A DNA stretch of 64,000 nucleotides, taken from a bacterium (GTDB lineage Bacteria; Electryoneota; Electryoneia; Electryoneales; Electryoneaceae). The stretch is taken from positions 32,001 to 96,000 of the forward strand of contig JAZDLX010000007.1 of assembly GCA_043801585.1 (NCBI GenBank), in the 5' to 3' direction. Positions within the stretch are counted from its first letter, which is position 1. The number at the start of each line of letters is the position of its first letter. Both the position numbers and the translations under genes were made by a program. Shown one piece after another: positions 9,041-17,964 of the stretch. Under the pieces are notes generated by a model. It saw nothing but the letters and a program-made list of their open reading frames with translations, had not been told where the DNA came from and made no database searches.

Positions 9041-10812
9041 GCGCGACTTCCATCCACGAAGAGGAAAAGCTCGGAGTCGTCTTCGAGCCTCAGCTCATCC
9101 GGCGTCTGTTCAAATACGTCAGGCCTTACAGCTGGAAGGTCGCGATCTCGGTCGTGCTGCTGCTGGCGGCGGCAGGGTTGGAACAGGTCGGGCCGTGGTT
9201 GACAAAACTCGCTGTCGATGAGCACATGACGAAGGGGGATTACCCCGGCCTGCTGAAAATCGTGATCCTTTTCGGCGGTGTCTACCTGGCCCTCAGCATC
9301 ATTCGGATCGCCCAGACGTTTCTCACCGGGTGGGTCGGGGAGTCGGTGATCTACGACCTCCGCCGGGAACTCTTTTCTCACATCCAAAGCCAGAGCCTGC
9401 GGTTCTTCGATCGCAATCCGGTGGGGAGGCTGGTAACCCGTCTGACCAGCGATGTGCAAACCCTGTCCGAAATCTTCACCAGCGGTATCGTCGTCTTCTT
9501 CGGGGATATTTTCACCCTCGTGGGAATCATTGTCGCGATGATGCTGCTGAACGTCAAGCTTGCCATCGTCGCGTTTCTGATGGTTCCGCTGATGGTGTCC
9601 ATCACGTTCATCTTCAAGAATCGGCTGCGTGATGCATACCGTAACGTGCGTTTGAAAACGGCGGCGATCAATTCATTTCTGCAGGAACATTTGAGCGGCA
9701 TTCGGATCGTTCAACTCTTCAACCATCAGAAGCATACGGACGAGGCGTTCGCCGAAGTCAACCGTGATTTTCGCACGGCGAACCTCGGCACCGTTGCTCT
9801 GTTCAGTGCGTTTTTCCCGTTGCTGGAACTGGTCAGCGCCCTCGCGGTTGCGGCAATCATCCTGCGAGGAGGTTATCTCTCTCTGGAAGGCGCGGTGACA
9901 GTGGGCGTATTGATCGCCTTCCTGCAATACACTGAGCGGTTTTTCCGGCCGATCCGTGATCTCGCGGAAAAATGGAACATTTTCCAGTCCGGGATGGCCA
10001 GCGCGGAACGCGTTTTCAAGCTTCTGGACACGGCTCCGCAAATTGTTGACGCCAAGGATGCCGGTTGCTGCGATGAAGCACAGGGGAGAATTGTCTTTGA
10101 CGATGTTCACTTTTCCTATGACGGGAACGAGGAAGTGCTTCGTGGCGTCAGCTTCTCCATCGAGCCGGGACAGACGGTGGCGATTGTCGGCGTGACAGGA
10201 GCGGGGAAAAGCACCATCATCAACCTCATCGGCCGTTTCTATGATACCACAAAGGGATCGATCCTGATTGACGGCAGGGATGTCCGCCAGTGGAAACGGG
10301 ATCTGCTCCTGCGCCACATCGCCTATGTGCATCAGGACGTATTTCTCTTCAGTGGGACCATTCGCGAGAACATCGCTCTGCTCGACGATTACAGCGACGA
10401 GGTGGTGCTTAATGCGGCCAAGACCGTGCATGCGGACCGGTTCATCCAGGCGCTGCCGCGGAGGTTTGACGAACCTGTGACCGAGCGGGGAAGCACCTTC
10501 TCGAGCGGTCAACGGCAATTGCTCTCCTTTGCGCGGGCGCTGGTACGCGATCCGAAGATCCTCGTGCTCGACGAGGCAACCAGCTCGGTGGATCCGGAAA
10601 CGGAGCGGCTGATTCAGGACGCCATGGAGAAATTGATGGAAGGGCGGACGTCGATCATCGTGGCGCACCGTTTGAGCACGGTGATGAACGCGGACCTCAT
10701 CCTGGTGATGCACAAAGGCCTCCTCCGCGAACAGGGAACCCACAAAGAACTGGTTGCCGAAAAAGGCATCTACTGGCGTCTGTTCCAGACTCAATACAAA
10801 CAGGTTTCCTGA
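9037..10812 (+). CDS. ABC exporter ATP-binding/permease subunit (MdlB/YheH-like partner)
   Basis: GVTGAGKST, degenerate signature FSSGQ, ILVLDEATS, AHR; ATGA overlap with partner. Confidence 0.93.
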   Translation: MSATSIHEEEKLGVVFEPQLIRRLFKYVRPYSWKVAISVVLLLAAAGLEQVGPWLTKLAVDEHMTKGDYPGLLKIVILFGGVYLALSIIRIAQTFLTGWVGESVIYDLRRELFSHIQSQSLRFFDRNPVGRLVTRLTSDVQTLSEIFTSGIVVFFGDIFTLVGIIVAMMLLNVKLAIVAFLMVPLMVSITFIFKNRLRDAYRNVRLKTAAINSFLQEHLSGIRIVQLFNHQKHTDEAFAEVNRDFRTANLGTVALFSAFFPLLELVSALAVAAIILRGGYLSLEGAVTVGVLIAFLQYTERFFRPIRDLAEKWNIFQSGMASAERVFKLLDTAPQIVDAKDAGCCDEAQGRIVFDDVHFSYDGNEEVLRGVSFSIEPGQTVAIVGVTGAGKSTIINLIGRFYDTTKGSILIDGRDVRQWKRDLLLRHIAYVHQDVFLFSGTIRENIALLDDYSDEVVLNAAKTVHADRFIQALPRRFDEPVTERGSTFSSGQRQLLSFARALVRDPKILVLDEATSSVDPETERLIQDAMEKLMEGRTSIIVAHRLSTVMNADLILVMHKGLLREQGTHKELVAEKGIYWRLFQTQYKQVS

Positions 10813-10877
10813 ACGGGTGGACCTCACCCCTGATGATGTGCTATTTTGGCCCATCCAAGACCCCTGACAGGCGGCGT

Positions 10878-11933
10878 ATGGCTCAGATCCGACGCAAACG
10901 ATCCTCAGCCCCGGCGGGCATCACACCACGGGAGTTTCACTCGCGAGCTTCGGCGGGGACTCTCGCGCCTGTCTATGTCGCTCTCGGCGGCGAACCGCTG
11001 CTGCTCGACGAAGTCCTCGAAACCATCCGCACGGCTGTCGTTGATGAGACCACCCGGGATTTCAATCTGGATATCGTTTATGGCGAGGACACGACCGCGC
11101 AGGCGCTCGCCGCCGCCATCGGTGCATTGCCGATGATGTCGGCGAAACGTGCCGTTGCGGTGAAACGCGCGGGAGACCTCCCTGTCCAGGCGAGAACCTA
11201 CCTTGCGGAGTACTCGAAAAAACCCGTGGACAGCACCGTGCTGGTGCTGCTGTTCGATGAGGAGACTTCGGCAGCGTGGGTGGAGAAATTCGTGGAGGCG
11301 GTGGTGGTGATCGATTGCCGCTCGCCACGCGGAGCGGCGTTGCGTCAATGGGCTGTTTCCTGCGTTCACTCCCTCGATGCAGAGATCGATGATGACGCTC
11401 TCGACCTGCTGACGGATTCTCCGGGAGTCCGCCTGATCGATCTCGCGGGCGAACTGGAAAAAGCCTCGCTGCTCGCGGGTGATGGAGGCAGAATCACCCT
11501 CGAGATCATGCAGCAGGTGTGGGGCGTCGAACCCGAGATCAACATCTGGGCGTTCATGGACCGTATCGCCGCTGGCAACCGGCTGTCCGCGCTGCGTGAC
11601 ATGGGAAAAATGCGGGAGAACCTGTCCAAACCCAAGGAATCAGGACTGGTTTTCTCTCAGACCATCCGCCGCTGGCGGATGGCATTGAAAGAACGGATCT
11701 ACGACAGGCAGCGAGTCCCCTTCGATAAAAGGACCTGGTCGGGCAACACGAAGCGTCAGTGGCAGATGGCTGCATCGGACCTCAAATCGCTTCCGGAGTC
11801 CGTCGCTGAAAAGGCGCTGGACAGGATGCTTACCTTTGACCGCGATCGAAAAACCCGCTCGATGGATGTGCTGAATGCCTTCGAGCGCCTGATTCACACA
11901 ATTGCTCTGGACCGTCAGCGAACGAAAAAATGA
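10878..11933 (+). CDS. holA: DNA polymerase III delta subunit
   Basis: PVYVALGGE..L, FNLDIVYGED, LPMMSAKRAV, ELEKASL, INIWAFMD; about 350 aa. Confidence 0.8.
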   Translation: MAQIRRKRSSAPAGITPREFHSRASAGTLAPVYVALGGEPLLLDEVLETIRTAVVDETTRDFNLDIVYGEDTTAQALAAAIGALPMMSAKRAVAVKRAGDLPVQARTYLAEYSKKPVDSTVLVLLFDEETSAAWVEKFVEAVVVIDCRSPRGAALRQWAVSCVHSLDAEIDDDALDLLTDSPGVRLIDLAGELEKASLLAGDGGRITLEIMQQVWGVEPEINIWAFMDRIAAGNRLSALRDMGKMRENLSKPKESGLVFSQTIRRWRMALKERIYDRQRVPFDKRTWSGNTKRQWQMAASDLKSLPESVAEKALDRMLTFDRDRKTRSMDVLNAFERLIHTIALDRQRTKK

Positions 11934-12514
11934 ATGATCCCGGCTACCATGACATGGCTGACGAGGAGCTGATGGCCCTCGTTCAGGAGAATGATGAGGT
12001 CGCGTTCGAGCTGCTGGTCGAACGCTATCAACACGTTCTCGCCTCATTTGTCAGTCGCTATCTCGGGCACGGCGACCAGGTGCAGGACATCCTTCAGGAG
12101 ACCTTCATTCGGGTCTGGCGCCACCGTAAGCACTATAGAACCGTTGCCAAGTTTTCGACCTGGATTTACACTATCGCCGGAAATCTTGCGAAAACGGAGC
12201 TCCGCCGTTGGAAAGTGCGCCGCTCCGTGCCGATTCGCACCGGTGGTGAGTCACCGGAAGACGAAGCGGTGGACCTCGTTGACGAAGATGCCGATCCCAC
12301 GGACAATACCCGTCGTGAAGAGATTCGCGAAACGATCACGCGTGAAATTCAGCTTCTTCCGGAGGTTTACCGGCAGGCGGTGATTCTTCGTGACCTCGAA
12401 GACAAGAGCTACGAAGAGATTTCGGAACTCCTTGATGTTCCAGTTGGTACTGTAAAATCAAGAGTTAATCGCGGACGTGAACGCTTGCAGGTGCGTCTTC
12501 GCGGGCTGCTTTGA
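11930..12514 (+). CDS. ECF RNA polymerase sigma factor (RpoE/SigW-like)
   Basis: AFELLVERY, DILQETFIRVW, FSTWIYTIA (region 2); SYEEISELLDVPVGTVKSRVNRGR (region 4). Confidence 0.95.
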   Translation: MNDPGYHDMADEELMALVQENDEVAFELLVERYQHVLASFVSRYLGHGDQVQDILQETFIRVWRHRKHYRTVAKFSTWIYTIAGNLAKTELRRWKVRRSVPIRTGGESPEDEAVDLVDEDADPTDNTRREEIRETITREIQLLPEVYRQAVILRDLEDKSYEEISELLDVPVGTVKSRVNRGRERLQVRLRGLL

Positions 12515-12551
12515 GTCTCCGGAGCAGTCCTCGGCAAAATTGCCGTGTTCA

Positions 12552-12577
12552 GGGAACCGGAGGCGGTCAACTGCGTA
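12552..12577 (+). promoter_or_regulatory. Putative ECF-sigma promoter GGGAAC-N16-CGTA upstream of the anti-sigma gene
   Basis: Matches the SigW-type AAC-N16-CGTA layout; a second weaker copy AGAAAC-N16-AGTA lies at 12618-12643. Confidence 0.5.
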
Positions 12578-12675
12578 TCTCCTTCAGAACAGGAGGCCGG
12601 GAAAGGGGATTTCGGTTAGAAACGTTCGACCCACATTGGAGTATTTACCGACACATTTGAACAGGGTCCGGGTGG

Positions 12676-13239
12676 ATGATGAAGCTTCATGAGTTTGAGA
12701 ACCTGTGGGCGCGGCGTGAAGAGCTGTCGCCACAGCAGCGTGCGGAGCTGGAACGCTTCGCGCAATCCGATCGGTTTGCTCGCTCATTCGTCCAAAAGGG
12801 CGAAAGTGTCCGAAGCCTGATGAGGGGATTTGAGGGCGAGCGGGCTCCCGAAGGGTTTGCCTACCGTATGCGGGTGTACGCCGCAAATCACCGGGATGAA
12901 AGTGTACCGGTTCCAGTTGATCGGAGAGCATGGCTCCGTTGGCCGGCAATGTCCATGGGGCTGGTAGCCGGCGCGATGCTGGTTCTCTTTGCCTTTGGTC
13001 CGATGCTCGGCAAACACGGACAGGTTCCGAGTGCAGGCATGGCTGAGGATCAAGCCAACCAGGTGAACGCCGCTCCTGAAGTTGAGAAAGGCTTGCCGGA
13101 AACGGCTGTGGCGCAGGACGACCTCGCTGAGAACTCTGACAGTCTTTCGGCGCAGGAGCGCACCCAAGACCGTGGCCCGCGGGCACAGGAATCATTGCCC
13201 GACTGGGATTTGCACACTGTCAGTACCGGGGACAATTGA
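12676..13239 (+). CDS. Putative single-pass anti-sigma factor
   Basis: Follows the ECF sigma; helical N-terminal domain, one TM (MSMGLVAGAMLVLFAFG), acidic low-complexity C-tail. Confidence 0.6.
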   Translation: MMKLHEFENLWARREELSPQQRAELERFAQSDRFARSFVQKGESVRSLMRGFEGERAPEGFAYRMRVYAANHRDESVPVPVDRRAWLRWPAMSMGLVAGAMLVLFAFGPMLGKHGQVPSAGMAEDQANQVNAAPEVEKGLPETAVAQDDLAENSDSLSAQERTQDRGPRAQESLPDWDLHTVSTGDN

Positions 13240-13337
13240 TCGGATAGGGCGTTTGGGCTGAATTCGTCTTTAGAAAACAGATAGATGGACTCCAACTTCC
13301 GGCGCTCTCGACGGCGTCTGGTGTGATTGCAGTTTCA

Positions 13338-13384
13338 GCGTCACGGCGTTACCTTTGTCGCCTGTGACGCGTTTTTTTTTATTT
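13338..13384 (+). terminator. Intrinsic terminator after the anti-sigma gene, overlapping a putative promoter
   Basis: GCGTCAC-GGCG...CGCC-T-GTGACGC stem followed by a T9 run. Confidence 0.7.
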
Positions 13385-13402
13385 GCACATCAGGAGTAGA
13401 AC

Positions 13403-13600
13403 ATGGCGAAGGCAAAATCCTTCCAGGCCAAATTGGCCAAAGGCAAAAGCGTCTCGAAACGGTTCAACCGGGCGGGGGAAGAAATCATCACGGTGAAAGT
13501 GCTGAAACCGACCGAAGTTCTTGGAAAACCGGGAGTTTTCCGCTACCGTGAAGTGTTTATGGACGTTACCCCCTCAAACGAGAAAGAGATCTTTGGCTAA
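13403..13600 (+). CDS. Small basic protein, possible bL38/DUF4295-like ribosomal protein
   Basis: 65 aa, Lys-rich, MAK start, CAGGAG RBS, own putative promoter; VKVLKP...KPGVFRYREVF pattern. Confidence 0.6.
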   Translation: MAKAKSFQAKLAKGKSVSKRFNRAGEEIITVKVLKPTEVLGKPGVFRYREVFMDVTPSNEKEIFG

Positions 13601-14774
13601 GCCGCTTCGACGAGCTTTTCTGGTCGTGATGGATGGCGTCGGGGTGGGCAATGCCCCCGACGCCTCTGCATTCGGTGATGAAGGGAGTGACACCCTCGGG
13701 AATCTGTCCCGCGCCGTAGGGGGGCTTCGTTTGCCCACGTTCCAGAAGCTCGGTCTCGGTAATCTCGCCGTCATCGAAGGGGTGCCACCGGTCCAGTCCC
13801 CCCTCGCCGCTTATGGGCGGTTGCAGGAGGTTTCTTCCGGGAAGGACTCCATCAACGGCCACTGGGAACTCTGCGGCCTGCCCACGGAGCTTCCATTCCC
13901 GACCTACTCGAATGCGTTTCCCGCAGACGTTGTCGAATTGGTCCGCAGGATTTCCGGACGCGGGGTGATCGGCAACGAGGTCGCCAGCGGCACGGAAATC
14001 ATGGCACGGTTGGGCGGAGAACACGTTCGCAGCGGCGATCTGATCCTTTACACCTCCGCCGATTCCGTACTCCAGATCCTGGCGCATGAAGAGGTCGTGC
14101 CGCTTGACGAACTCTACCGTATCTGCGAGGACATTCACAAGGCTCTGCCGCCGAAACACCGCGTCGGGCGTGTGATCGCCCGTCCGTTCGTGGGTGAGGA
14201 TGGCGCGTTCGTGCGGACTGCGAACCGCAGGGATTACGCGGTGGAGCCTCCAGCGGATACCGTGCTGGACGTGCTGCACCGGGCGGGAGTGCCCGTACAC
14301 GGCGTCGGAAAAGTGGACACGCTGTTTGCGGGACGCGGGTATGCCACTGCGACCCACACCAAGGACAACAGGCAGGGCTTCGACCTGACGCTCGAGAAAA
14401 TCAATACCATGGACCGTGGGCTGGTGTTCACGAACCTTCTCGACTTTGATACGCAGTGGGGCCATCGCAACGACATTCCCGGATTCCATAAGGGAATGGA
14501 AGAGCTCGATCAGTGGCTTCCGAGCTGGCTGGAAGCTCTCAAGCCGGGCGATCTGATGCTGATGACCGCTGACCACGGCAACGATCCGACGACGCCCAGC
14601 ACGGACCATTCACGGGAGCATGTCCCTCTTCTCGCGATTCTCGAGGGAGGGGTGCAGGGTGTGGACCTTGGACTGCGCCTCGGATTCATGGACGCCGGTG
14701 CAACAATTGCTGAATTCTTCGATGTCCCGTGGGCAGGTGCGGGCAAATCCTTCCTCTCAGATCTTCAACGCTGA
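13593..14774 (+). CDS. deoB: Phosphopentomutase
   Basis: VMDGVGVG, GKDSINGHWE, YTSADSVLQI, RVIARPF, NRRDY, DFDTQWGHRND, TADHGNDPT, TDHSRE; TTG start inferred. Confidence 0.95.
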   Translation: MAKPLRRAFLVVMDGVGVGNAPDASAFGDEGSDTLGNLSRAVGGLRLPTFQKLGLGNLAVIEGVPPVQSPLAAYGRLQEVSSGKDSINGHWELCGLPTELPFPTYSNAFPADVVELVRRISGRGVIGNEVASGTEIMARLGGEHVRSGDLILYTSADSVLQILAHEEVVPLDELYRICEDIHKALPPKHRVGRVIARPFVGEDGAFVRTANRRDYAVEPPADTVLDVLHRAGVPVHGVGKVDTLFAGRGYATATHTKDNRQGFDLTLEKINTMDRGLVFTNLLDFDTQWGHRNDIPGFHKGMEELDQWLPSWLEALKPGDLMLMTADHGNDPTTPSTDHSREHVPLLAILEGGVQGVDLGLRLGFMDAGATIAEFFDVPWAGAGKSFLSDLQR

Positions 14775-14782
14775 GGCATCCC

Positions 14783-15370
14783 ATGCGACGGCTGTACGTC
14801 TCCACTCGCAACCGTCACAAGCTGGAGGAGTTGCGCATCCTCCTGGGCGATACGGTCGAGTTGCACCATCCCGGTCCGGACGATCCTGATGTGGAAGAAA
14901 CCGGGCAAACCCTGTTTGAAAATGCGCTGCTCAAGGCCCGTGCGGGTTTTACACGGTCCGGCATCCCTACTCTCGCGGATGATACCGGGCTCGAGGTGGA
15001 CGCGCTGGACGGGGCCCCGGGGGTCTATTCTTCCCGTTACGCAGGCGAGCGTGCAACCTATGAAGAGAATCGGCACAAGCTTATCGAAGTGATCCGGCAG
15101 TTTCCCGAGGAGGCTCGGACGGCGCGTTTTCGCAGCATCATCGTCTATGTTGACGGGGTTCGGGAGTTGCACTTTGAGGGAGAAGTTGAGGGGACGATCC
15201 TGACCGACGAACGGGGAACCAATGGTTTCGGGTACGACTCCGTTTTTCTTCCGAAGGGGGAGACCCGGACGATGGCGGAAATGACGGACAGGGAGAAAAA
15301 CGCCATTAGCCACCGGGGCAGGGCGCTACGGGCATTTTTGCAATGGTGGAAATCGGAGGATGCTGGATAG
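14783..15370 (+). CDS. rdgB: Non-canonical purine NTP pyrophosphatase (RdgB/HAM1)
   Basis: STRNRHKLEE, ENALLKA, ADDTGLEVDAL, PGVYSSRY, GFGYDSVF, KNAISHRG. Confidence 0.95.
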   Translation: MRRLYVSTRNRHKLEELRILLGDTVELHHPGPDDPDVEETGQTLFENALLKARAGFTRSGIPTLADDTGLEVDALDGAPGVYSSRYAGERATYEENRHKLIEVIRQFPEEARTARFRSIIVYVDGVRELHFEGEVEGTILTDERGTNGFGYDSVFLPKGETRTMAEMTDREKNAISHRGRALRAFLQWWKSEDAG

Positions 15371-15399
15371 ATGGATCTGATGGCAGGGAGCGAAACGTC

Positions 15400-16575
15400 A
15401 TGACTGGCGGTGGAAGCGGCAAAAGGTTTGTCTATCTCGACCACAGTGCGACCACGCCCGTCGATCCTCGAGTCGCTGAGGTTGTGCACCGTGCGATGGT
15501 CGAGGGTTGGGGAAATCCGTCGAGTCGCTACGAGAAAGGCAACGAGGCGAAGCTGATCCTTGACGAAGCCCGCCAAAGGATAGCGGAACTGCTCGGAGTG
15601 CAACCCGATGAGCTTTTCTTCACCTCCGGCGGTACGGAAGCGGACAACCTTGCGCTATTGGGCGCCATGGAGGTGTTGAGGCAAAAAGGGCGCAATCATC
15701 TCGTCGTCAGCACTCTTGAACACTCGGCGATCCTTCTGGCGGCGGAATACCTCCGTGACGAGGGTTTCGACGTCACGTTTCTCAAGGTGGGGAGTGATGG
15801 CGTTGTCGATCCGTCCGACCTGCGCAAAGCGATGAAAAAGACAACGGCCCTTGTCAGCGTGATGCATGTGAACAACGAGATCGGCACGATTCAGCCGGTC
15901 GCCGAACTTGCCGAAGTCGCACACAAGGCCGGGGCACTGTTTCACACCGATGGCGTTCAATCGTACGGGAAGCTGCCGCTGCCGGTCAGCGAGATCGGTG
16001 CGGACCTCGCGAGCATCTCTTCACACAAGATTTACGGGCCAAAGGGTGTCGGCGCCCTTTTTGTCCGCAAGGGTGTCGAACTTGTTCCACGGAGTTGGGG
16101 TGGCAAGCAGGAACGCGGCATCCGCACCGGAACCGAAAACATGCCGGGGATCGCCGGTTTCGCCGAGGCATCGCGCATCTGCGCTCACGTGATGAGTGAA
16201 GATGCCGAGCGTATCGGCGCTCTGCAGGAGGAGTTCCATCGGCAGGTTGTGGATGCCTGCGACGGCGACGTTTTTCTGAACGGCAGCGCCGATCAGCGCA
16301 TTTATCTCAACCTGAACCTCCGCTTCGAGGGAGTTGAGGGTGAGTCCCTGTTGCTCGCGCTGGATCTGGACGGTATCGCGGTTTCCACCGGTTCGGCGTG
16401 CAGCAGCGGGTCGACGAAACCGTCCCATGTGCTGATTGCGATCGGGATGAGTCAGCAGGCTGCTCACGAGTCGCTGAGGTTGACCCTCGGCCGCTCGAAC
16501 ACCGGCGAAGATCTCACCTGGGTAGCGTCACGTATCGGCTATCATGTCAAACGCCTGCGGGCGATGGCGTTTTAA
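15400..16575 (+). CDS. iscS: Cysteine desulfurase (IscS/NifS family)
   Basis: YLDHSATTP, FTSGGTEADN, NNEIG, SSHKIYGPKGVG, STGSACSS; next to mnmA. Confidence 0.93.
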   Translation: MTGGGSGKRFVYLDHSATTPVDPRVAEVVHRAMVEGWGNPSSRYEKGNEAKLILDEARQRIAELLGVQPDELFFTSGGTEADNLALLGAMEVLRQKGRNHLVVSTLEHSAILLAAEYLRDEGFDVTFLKVGSDGVVDPSDLRKAMKKTTALVSVMHVNNEIGTIQPVAELAEVAHKAGALFHTDGVQSYGKLPLPVSEIGADLASISSHKIYGPKGVGALFVRKGVELVPRSWGGKQERGIRTGTENMPGIAGFAEASRICAHVMSEDAERIGALQEEFHRQVVDACDGDVFLNGSADQRIYLNLNLRFEGVEGESLLLALDLDGIAVSTGSACSSGSTKPSHVLIAIGMSQQAAHESLRLTLGRSNTGEDLTWVASRIGYHVKRLRAMAF

Positions 16576-16601
16576 GAGTCGCGTAAAGGCTCAATGAAAT
16601 A

Positions 16602-16712
16602 GTCATCCTGAACGAAGTGAAGGATCTATGTTTTGCAGTTGTTCAGGTGAACACAGAGGCGGATCTGACGCTGAGAACCAACACAAAGATTCTTCACTTC
16701 GTTCAGAATGAC
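16602..16712. repeat. REP doublet / REPIN-like inverted repeat
   Basis: Arm 1 gtcatcctgaacgaagtgaaggatct (16602-16627) and arm 2 agattcttcacttcgttcagaatgac (16687-16712) match 24/26 as reverse complements; each arm is itself a hairpin. Confidence 0.8.
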
Positions 16713-16809
16713 GAAGGGGTGAGCGTTTCAGGCGGATCGCGGGGCGGGTGGCCCGATCCTTCAGGGTCGGGTTTCAGGTAGGATTTAGTTAAATTGGTGG
16801 TGTAACAAC

Positions 16810-17964
16810 ATGATAAAGCCTGGCAGCAGAGTCGGGGTGTTGATGAGCGGGGGAGTGGACAGCTCCGTCGCCGCACTGCTGCTCCGCGATCAGGGGTATG
16901 ATGTCATCGGGATCACCCTCCAGCTTTGGGATTACGAAACGGCGGCGAGCCGTCCCCGGGGCGAGCGTGGATGCTGCGACATCTCCCACCAGATGGACGC
17001 GCGGCATGTCTGCGCCGGCATCGGAATTTCGCACGTCGTGCTCGACCTTCGCGACGAGTTCACACGCAACGTTGTGCAGCCCTACGAGAATGCCTATCTC
17101 ACCGGCATCACGCCGAATCCCTGTGTCACCTGTAATAGCAGGTTGAAATGGGGAGCGGTTCTCGCCAAGGCGGCGGCGCTTGAGGTAAATGCCATCGCCA
17201 CCGGACATTATGCCCGCGTGGAACATCACCCGGAGGGGCCGATCCTGCGCAAGGGGCTGGATCCGGCCAAGGATCAGTCCTACGCCCTCTGGCAGGTGCC
17301 GCGTGAGGCGATTGCAAAAACCCTGTTTCCCCTCGGTGAGTGGACGAAGGAAAAAATCCGCCGGCGAGCCGTGTCGGCGGGATTGCGCAACGCGGACAAG
17401 CCCGACAGCCAGGAGGTCTGCTTCATCCCGGACCGCTACGACGAGTACCTTCGTGAACGGTATCCGGATCGTACGAGCACGATTGGCGGTGGGGAAATCG
17501 TGGACGAATCCGGCCGGGTAGTGGGCCGGCATGACGGTTTCTTTGGTTTCACCATCGGCCAGCGCCGGGGATTGAACATTTCCGACGGCCAGGGTCCCTA
17601 TTATGTCACCGGCCTGGACGCCGAGCACAACCGTGTCATCGTCGGCAGTGCGGAGGGGCTCGCCAGCGAGGGATTGCTCGCCACGGCGGTCAACTGGAGC
17701 TCCTTTGATCCTCCCGGCGAGCCGACGCCCTGTACGGTCAAGGTCCGTTACAACGATCCTGAAGGAACCCCGGCAACACTGCTGCCGGTGCGTGAGGACG
17801 GCCGTGTGGAAGTCCATTTCCACCGACCCGTCCGCGCTGTCACTCCGGGCCAGTCGGCGGTCTGGTATCGCGGCGATGCTGTCTGGGGCGGAGGTATCAT
17901 TTCACGGGCTGTCAGGCGAATCCATCGTGAAGAAATGCTTGCCGGTCAGGAGGCTATGCGATGA
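16810..17964 (+). CDS. mnmA: tRNA 2-thiouridine(34) synthase MnmA
   Basis: MSGGVDSSV, GCC, TPNPCVTCN, ATGHYAR, KDQSY, DSQEVCF, TIGQRRG, TPGQ. Confidence 0.97.
   Translation: MIKPGSRVGVLMSGGVDSSVAALLLRDQGYDVIGITLQLWDYETAASRPRGERGCCDISHQMDARHVCAGIGISHVVLDLRDEFTRNVVQPYENAYLTGITPNPCVTCNSRLKWGAVLAKAAALEVNAIATGHYARVEHHPEGPILRKGLDPAKDQSYALWQVPREAIAKTLFPLGEWTKEKIRRRAVSAGLRNADKPDSQEVCFIPDRYDEYLRERYPDRTSTIGGGEIVDESGRVVGRHDGFFGFTIGQRRGLNISDGQGPYYVTGLDAEHNRVIVGSAEGLASEGLLATAVNWSSFDPPGEPTPCTVKVRYNDPEGTPATLLPVREDGRVEVHFHRPVRAVTPGQSAVWYRGDAVWGGGIISRAVRRIHREEMLAGQEAMR

Noticed and set aside
7292..10812. Degenerate Walker B and signature motifs as a sign of pseudogenisation
   Set aside because: This is the normal asymmetric layout of heterodimeric ABC exporters.
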